Assembly: GCA_003614675.1 (NCBI GenBank)
Contig: ML002348.1
Span: forward strand, 1-39,644
From: Dimargaris cristalligena
Lineage: Eukaryota
Reading direction: 5' to 3'
Length of the DNA: 39,644 nucleotides
The notes beneath the pieces were generated by a model. It did not search any database, had not been told where the DNA came from, and saw nothing but the letters and a program-made list of their open reading frames with translations. Both the position numbers and the translations under genes were made by a program. Shown here piece by piece: positions 32,590-39,644 of this stretch. The first letter of the stretch is position 1. Every line of letters begins with the position of its first letter.

Positions 32590-34784
32590 TTATTTAGGTC
32601 GGAAACTATTATGCAGTCCAATGGTTTCGGGGGCCGATTCTATTGAGGGGCCGTTCTTGGCGGTGTCATTGCGCATGGTTTCCAGCTGCATCAGGTAGTC
32701 GGGGGTCACATCACCGGCGACGTACAGCCCGTCGAACACGGACGTATCGAACTGTTGGATGTCCGGGCGCAGTTTACGGCAGGCCTGAACGAGGTCGTCG
32801 AGGTCCTGGAAGATGACCTTATCGGCCCCGATGGCCAAGGCAATTTCGTCTTCGTTACGCTGGTGGCCCACCAGTTCGCGAGACGTGGGCATATCAATCC
32901 CATAGACGTTAGGGTACCGGATGGGCGGAGCACAGGACGCAAAGTATACTTTTTTAGCGCCGGCATCGCGGGCCATTTGCACAATCTCGCGCGAGGTGGT
33001 ACCACGCACGATGGAATCATCCACCAACAGCACGTTTTTATTCACGAACTCCAGGGCCATGGCGTTGAGTTTCCGGCGCACCGATTTACGGCGCAGTTCC
33101 TGGCCGGGCATGATGAACGTACGGCCAATGTAGCGGTTCTTGATAAAACCCTCGCGGAACAGCAGGTTGAGCTTGTACGACAGCTGCAGGGCCGATACGC
33201 GACTGGTGTCGGGCACGGGAATCACCACGTCAATGTCGTGGTCGGGGCCCAGGGCCCGGGTCACTTGGTCGGCCAGGGACTCGCCCATTTCCAGCCGGGA
33301 CTTGTACACGGAGATGCCGTCGATGATCGAGTCGGGTCGCGCGAAGTAGACGTATTCGAAGACGCAGGGCGAAAAGATCTGGTCGTCCACCAAACGACGG
33401 CGGCTCACGGAGCGTTTTGAAATGATGATGGCTTCGCCGGGAAGGACGTCGGTCACATCGGTGAATTCGAGCGAGTCCAGCACTACGCTTTCCGACGCGA
33501 ACATGTAGTCGTAGCCGCTTTCCCGCTTCCGGCGGCCGAACACTAAGGGGCGGATACCGTTGGGGTCCCGGAAGGCGATGAGTCCGAAACCGGCAATCAT
33601 ACCCACGCAGGCGTAGCCGCCCTGGCACTGCTTGAACAAATCCTTGATGGAATTGAAGATGTCCTCTTCGTTGACACTGGGGATTCGTAATAGTGGTGGA
33701 AAATGGGGAAGGCCGAAAGGGTAGTGGAGGGGTCAGAGTACAGTTAGAGACAAGTCCACGGTTGCAGAACGAATAGAGATCACTACATAAATATACATAT
33801 GGATGAAATTCAAACCAGCTGTATAAGGTTTTACATAATACGTGTATGGGCGAACATATGTGAGAATAGCTTTTAACCAGTAATATTGGCCTCGTCCAAT
33901 GGATTTTTCGTTATACAGCCTGAATGAACTTCTCCCATATGCATGCTCATCTAGAGCAGCTGGGAAAAGGCAAACTACTTACCGGAATTTGCCGGTGGTC
34001 TGCAGATTGTTGGCCAGAATATTTACCAACAACTCGCTGTCCGAGTCAGTGTTGATATGGCGATGGGCATCGTGATCCAAAAAATGGCGCAGTTCAGCGG
34101 CATTCACTAGATTGCCGTTGTGGGCCAGGACCAGGCCGTAGGGACTGTTGACGTAGAACGGCTGGGCTTCGGCGTGGGCGGAGCTGCCGGCAGTGGGGTA
34201 CCGCACTGTGGTGCAGTGATATGGTACATGGATACATGATGGTATATAGAAGGAGGTAAGCGAAGGAGTAGGATGCCAACTAGTGACCCGATCGACCGCT
34301 ATTGAATATAGAATGGGCGTCGTCAAAACAACTGATTCCAGCTAGAATTAGAACCACCCTTACGGAATCTATAAAGCTGAATTTAATACTTACCGTGTCC
34401 AACGCCCATGCAACCGACCAAGTTGCGCAGATGGTCCTCGTCGAAAATATCGCGGACAAGACCGTTGCCCTTGCACTGGTAGAGACGCCCCTTGGCACCG
34501 CAAGTAACGATACCAGCAGCATCCTAGAGTATGGGGTAAACAAAATCGAAATATTCGGAATAAAAAAGTCAGAAATGGGCCATAATGGTTCCAGCCGAGT
34601 TATACAGCCCCCCGGGCATAATTAGTTTGCGAAGTGGCGGTGGGAGCCTTGGACTGCAGGGGACCCAAAAAAACAAATGTGCACATACCTGGCCACGATG
34701 TTGCAGCATACCGAGACTTTCGAAAAGGTCGGAGCAGGCGAGCTCCTTGGTATTGGAGAGGATCAGGGCTGATATACCACACAT
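32590..34784 (-). CDS. ADE4: Amidophosphoribosyltransferase, complement(join(32590..33676,33983..34205,34394..34523,34689..34784)), 511 aa
   Basis: N-terminal MCGI (Ntn Cys), [52 protein letters not shown] motif [13 protein letters not shown]. Three phase-consistent GT-AG introns. Confidence 0.97.
33796..33941 (-). mobile_element. MITE-like element, copy 3, inside ADE4 intron 3
   Basis: 146 bp, CATATG...CATATG ends, roughly 85% identical (hand alignment) to the reverse complement of 165-310. Lies within intron 33677-33982. Confidence 0.88.
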
Positions 34785-35873
34785 GGTGAATTAGAGGGAG
34801 TGGGTGGGGTGAAAAGATTGGACGGGAACTGGCGATCGCAATAAGTTGAAAACAGCACTATTGAGGGGTCTCGGTTACGGCTTTTCTGAATGAGAAAAAT
34901 GAAATAGAAATCCACGTATGCCGCTTGAAGTCACGGTATAATGGAATATATTCGGGTTAGGCGCGGTGACAGGGCACTGAATATGTATATATAAAGGTAT
35001 TAGCGACCGGGGATGTTAAAGGCAGTTGGGGTATGAAATCGAAGAGCTTCGGGGATCAGGATTAGGAGAGAAACGCAGCAAGGGTTGTGTAACTGATAAG
35101 ACCCAAAGGTGCACACTATGGAGGGAAAAGGTGGGGGAGGGAAAAGGGACACGGCAGTCAGTAGCTGCTAAAAAGTCAAGGAAAAGGGTTCAAGAGAGGT
35201 GGGCGGTCGTTACACAAGCCAGGGGAGTTCTGGGGCCAATAGTGGAAAGTATATAATGTCGAGTTAATAGTTAGTTGTACAACCCCATCCATAGTCACAC
35301 ACTCGCCCTTTTTTCCTGATCTTTGCCCTATCAAATGGGACTGTGTTTCAACAGCGGCCTTATCGCGCATCTTGGCCTAGGTGCGTCAACTCTCCCTAAA
35401 CAGCCGGCCCTTTTTTCTTCCATTATATTGCTGAAACAAACATGGGCGTGAATTATTTAATAGTAGTTGGGAATAGAGAAGAACTTAAAGAGAAAAATAG
35501 ACTGGATGCGGATGGAGGACCGCACCCAAAATAACCCTGGATCCAATGGTTTGGGGAAGACCGCATGTGTGGATATTAAAGGCTGGTCAATAACATATCT
35601 GAAATTGTCCGATGATGGCCCAATCAACGTGCGTTAAACCATCCACGCCCCAATCACCTGATCTGCCAATTTACGATGCAAGAGACAAATGGTCTTAAGG
35701 CAACCCCGCACTTCTCTGCGCTTTCCTATACTCTCCTCTGCCGTGAATAATGTCGGGGCGATTCACCCACTTCTGCTAACCACGAAACCGTAACACGTAT
35801 ATGGTCTACGATCCGCTCTTATAATGCTCGGTACTACAAACTCGGCCGTTCTCTGCCCTCAGAGAGTAGTTAG

Positions 35874-36119
35874 TTACACGGGAAATGGCTGTTCGCTCAA
35901 TTCCCGAACGAGTCTATTCTGCATGAACGGGAATGGCAATGGAATCAGCTACGTTATCCATCAGAGCCGCAGGAGTTGATCGAGGCCTTCTACGACGAGC
36001 ATCCTGATATAATTACTATCAAACCAAACTCTCCGGCTTTTCTATTCGCAGGATCAACAGGCGGATTCAAATTAGTTGCCACCAATAGTCAGACCAGCAC
36101 CCAACTGAAAATCAGGTAG
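35874..36119 (+). pseudogene. Possible chromodomain relic (chromoviral Ty3/gypsy integrase C-terminus)
   Basis: ATG-less open frame reads ...ESILHEREWQWNQLRY PSEPQELIEAFYDEHPD..., resembling both ends of a retrotransposon chromodomain with the middle missing. A G-rich tract follows the stop. Recognition by eye only. Confidence 0.3.
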
Positions 36120-37178
36120 TACTAGGATTCTAAGGCGGGGGCGACTTAGAGCGGCAGGTACTGGGCAAAAGTAGAAGTGCTAGCTTTAAGCCATAATGGC
36201 CATGGCTATGCACTGTAAAGAGTGTTTTTGAAACCCAGTGTTTTACTTGGCAGAGGCTCGCGGAAGGTCCTATAAACGATCAACTTTGTGTCATCTGATA
36301 TCCACAGAAGATTTCCTGATAGAAACCAAGGCTTGGCGATTAGTCTAACCATACCCTCTCATATCGGTTCGTATACTTGGCTGCTATCACGTCAATTAAT
36401 GCGGAATACGTACCCCGCGAGCGGACAGGTGTGTGAAGCCAGGGGTGATGCCTTGTCATTCGCTATTTTTCCCGAAATATATTTTTTCGGCCACAAATGC
36501 CTCTCACCCCACCGGTCCATTTTAGGCGTACACGCCTTATTAATCGATTACTTGTTGTAGTATGTTGGCACATGCATCGCCTGGAATCGAAAGTTCCGCG
36601 AGTATATTATTAGCCGCCAATGAAGTAGCCAACCGAGCAGAATTCCAGTGGAATTGAGCACTGTTGTGTAGGATTTCGAATCGAATGTCAATCCCAAATA
36701 ATGGCTGGCAATTCACCTTTAACCCGATCGACTTTATGTCTTCCCAGACGGATGTTTTATTCAGCCGGACCGAACCACCCCCCCCCTCATACAATTACTA
36801 AACATTCATTTGCCCAGCCCACTGAACCGATCCACCTGCTAACGTGGACGTCTGCTTACCGTTCCGTGATATTCAAAACCTCTTGGGGGAAACTGATACC
36901 CGCCACCGTTTCCAGTCGATGGGCTGGACCTAAAACATTTGGTCATCGCTCAGCGAGGGACCGGCGTACCGGGAATATTTAATCTCGTCTGGCTGGCAAT
37001 CGCACTGGAGTACCACTGTCCTCATTGAACGCTCCATAATCTATTATATTAGCTGTTTACTCTTTAGTGTACCCCTGCATGAATCTCCCAGACTGTCATT
37101 CGGATCATATACATCAACCAGTAGCTCGCCTTACTACCTCATATCGCCTGCCGCGTTCGCCTGCACCTGAAACTAACC

Positions 37179-38633
37179 ATGCTACTCAAAGTAATGCCGC
37201 TTTTTCATCATTGATACTTCACTCAACATCTACTCTACCAAAGTCCTACTCGACCACAGTTCTGAATTTTGCTAACTTTACTGTTTTATTACGTTTCCGC
37301 TATGGTATCCCTCTAGTCCCTCGTCGGGGGCCTCTTTGGGGCTGTATTAGCCATCGGCCTCGTTGATGCACGCAAAGACTTTGTCACCACTGAACTAACT
37401 AATTCGCAAATCAGTGACCTCAAGATTTACGCCAGGTAGGTGCAACCACAGAGGCACCTATGTCAAGAAGTTTTAAACATGTTTCACACGAGTATTATTT
37501 GTTAATCGACCAGCGCCTACCTACACGTAGTGCCACCAGAATATTTCGCAATAACACTCATTGTAAATATATAATCCAAAATGTCTCATCGTTGCCTTTT
37601 CATTCTTACATATAGACTTGCGGCGATTTCGTACGATAACATTACTACTTGGGACTGCAAAGACTGTGCGGAGGTTGCCAATTCCACTTTGGTGGAGAGT
37701 TTCCAATCCAAGAAGAAGCGTGCGGTGGGTTACGTGGCCATTAACAATGACATCAAATCAGTCAGTATGGTTTTCCGCGGCACGGATAACATTAACCAGT
37801 ATTTGACCGACCTGCAAATCAAGAAGAAGGATTGGCCCGATTGGGCTAAGGGTAGCGCCGTCCACACCGGATTTTTGGAGGCTTACGAGGCCGTGAGTGA
37901 CTCCCTGTATAAACAGGTTACAAACCAACTTGCGAAGCATCCTAGTCATAACCTAACCATATCAGGGCATTCCCTGGGCGCAGGTAAGTCGAACTGCTCT
38001 ACTATTCAAAATGGCTATCTGTTGGTCTATGGTCCAATCATTATAATTAACATACATATTCGGGTTGAATACTCATTAATTCAAGGAATATTCCTGACCG
38101 GGGCCTAGTGCAAAGAGCTGGTTCGGGGTTTTTCGATTGTCACACTATGGTGTTGGGGTTTTAGCCGTCGACCGACACTTACCAAAATGGATAGTGTGTT
38201 TGTTTTTTCAACCATCTAATTGTTTTCCGATTCTCCTTCTTACACTCACACCCGTTCCTTATTTTAAGCACTCGCCTCCCTGGCCGCCGTCGACTTTGTT
38301 CACCGTAACAAAACCCTGGCCAGTATTATGCGGGTGGTGACATTTGGGAAACCACGCGTTGGTAACCAGGATTATGTCGACCATTACAATTCCCTCGACC
38401 TCGACAGCATTTTCGTGGTTAACAAAGACGACATTGTGCCTCACCTGCCACCTAAAATCCTGGGATACCGCCAGGAAAACGGCGAAAACTGGATAAAGCC
38501 GGATAGTAAGGGCAACGAAACCATTTCATGTCCCCAGGTAGACAATGAGGCTAACCCCAACTGTTCGGCCAGCGTGAAATTCCGCAAACTCAACATAAAG
38601 GACCATCATTGGGCTTGGAATGTTGAGATGTAA
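37179..38633 (+). CDS. Secreted class 3 lipase, join(37179..37190,37317..37435,37616..37983,38269..38633), 287 aa
   Basis: Signal-peptide-like MLLKSLVGGLFGAVLAIGLVDA; VFRGT, VHTGF, nucleophile motif GHSLG, TFGKPRVGN, DIVPHLPP, terminal DH. All introns are GT-AG and in phase. Confidence 0.92.
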
Positions 38634-38888
38634 ATTTGTGTAAATGGCATTTATCAACATTTGCAACCTCGTTTATGGCCAAGATTTAGCATTGTTAAAT
38701 CATGATTATCTTTCTATATCACTATAGTTTGCATTTTAGCACCACTTACTTAGTATTTATATATATTCTTTTTTACAATAAATATCTTATTATACATATG
38801 GGTTTGCTTAATGGCAAGTAATGTTATTTTAGGAGACATTGTATTTCCCTTTACCTCCATCCAGTCATTTTTTGATGAAATCTTAGTT

Positions 38889-39644
38889 GGGGTACTAAGG
38901 GTAATAGAAGCAATAAATCAAAGTATTACCCAGATTTACCACTCTTAGTCCATCAAGAGTCCTAAGATTAGGCTTCTAATAGTAGGCAGGGGCTAGACTC
39001 AGCTAAGTAGTTCACTAGTACTAGGTATAGGTATAGTACTAACTAATAAAGGCTATAGTAGGTATATATATAAGGGATGTGCAGTGGGCATACTTACTAG
39101 TTGGTATAAGGGGGAGTAATTGTATATAGAGTTTATTAGGTAAATAAGGGGTAAGAATAAGCTAAGGCATCTAACTGACCTTAATAGAGCCTAGCTATAT
39201 GTATATAGGGATAACTCCAGAGGGATATCCCAAGAGGGAATACTACTAAGAATAATGGTTAGGTAAATAGGCTGACTGGGTAGCTACTAGTATTTGGAAG
39301 ACTTGGATAGTAACTGGAAGAGGCTTATGGATCAGTACTTGAGTAATTAGTGTAAAGGGGTGGAGTCCGGGTAGGGGGAAGGTTATATATAATGATGGAT
39401 AATCATTGTCACCCAAATTAACCACTCTTAGTCCATCAAGAGTCTCAGGGATAGGCTTCTAATGGTAGGCAGGTATTGGGCATGGCCAAGTGGGTTACTG
39501 GCATTAGGTAGGGCTGATACTAACCAAATAAAGCAAGTGTCACTATGTATGCAGGGGATGTGCACCAATGCACACTTACTAGTCAGTATGGGGGGTGAGT
39601 GTATATAGGGTTTATTGAGATAAACTAAGGGGTCAGAATAAGCT
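38889..39644 (-). repeat. ~482-bp diverged direct repeat (partial copy plus next copy running off the window) of a decayed coding unit
   Basis: ACCACTCTTAGTCCATCAAGAGTC is identical at 38938 and 39421, and colinearity continues to AGAATAAGCT at 39163/39644. Both copies carry GTAAGT...GTTAG on the minus strand. Only one CpG in ~970 nt. Confidence 0.85.

Noticed and set aside
2016-38633. Functional or biosynthetic gene cluster
   Set aside because: The seven genes act in unrelated pathways, with no shared regulatory motif evident.

Overview
Eukaryotic (fungal) genomic DNA with spliceosomal GT-AG introns. An early-diverging fungus is my impression, not established here. I rebuilt seven conserved genes exon by exon: EFM7/NNT1 methyltransferase (+), CCR4 deadenylase (-), an HMT1/ABCB6-type half ABC transporter (-, 2.3-kb intron), a CCDC124-like protein (+), M18 aspartyl aminopeptidase (-), ADE4 (-) and a secreted class 3 lipase (+). 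They do not form a functional cluster. Repeats include three copies of a ~146-bp MITE, a 3x36-bp tandem repeat, possible chromodomain and kinase relics, and a CpG-depleted, TpA-rich ~482-bp direct repeat of a decayed intron-containing coding unit with RIP-like mutations. The most striking unexplained signal is intron architecture. Almost every intron, though unrelated in sequence, can fold into nested G-U-containing hairpins between the 5' splice site and the branch region, including a 19/20-bp stem spanning ~2 kb. Several introns also have branch points far from the acceptor, with long AG-free zones. All alignments and foldings were done by eye.
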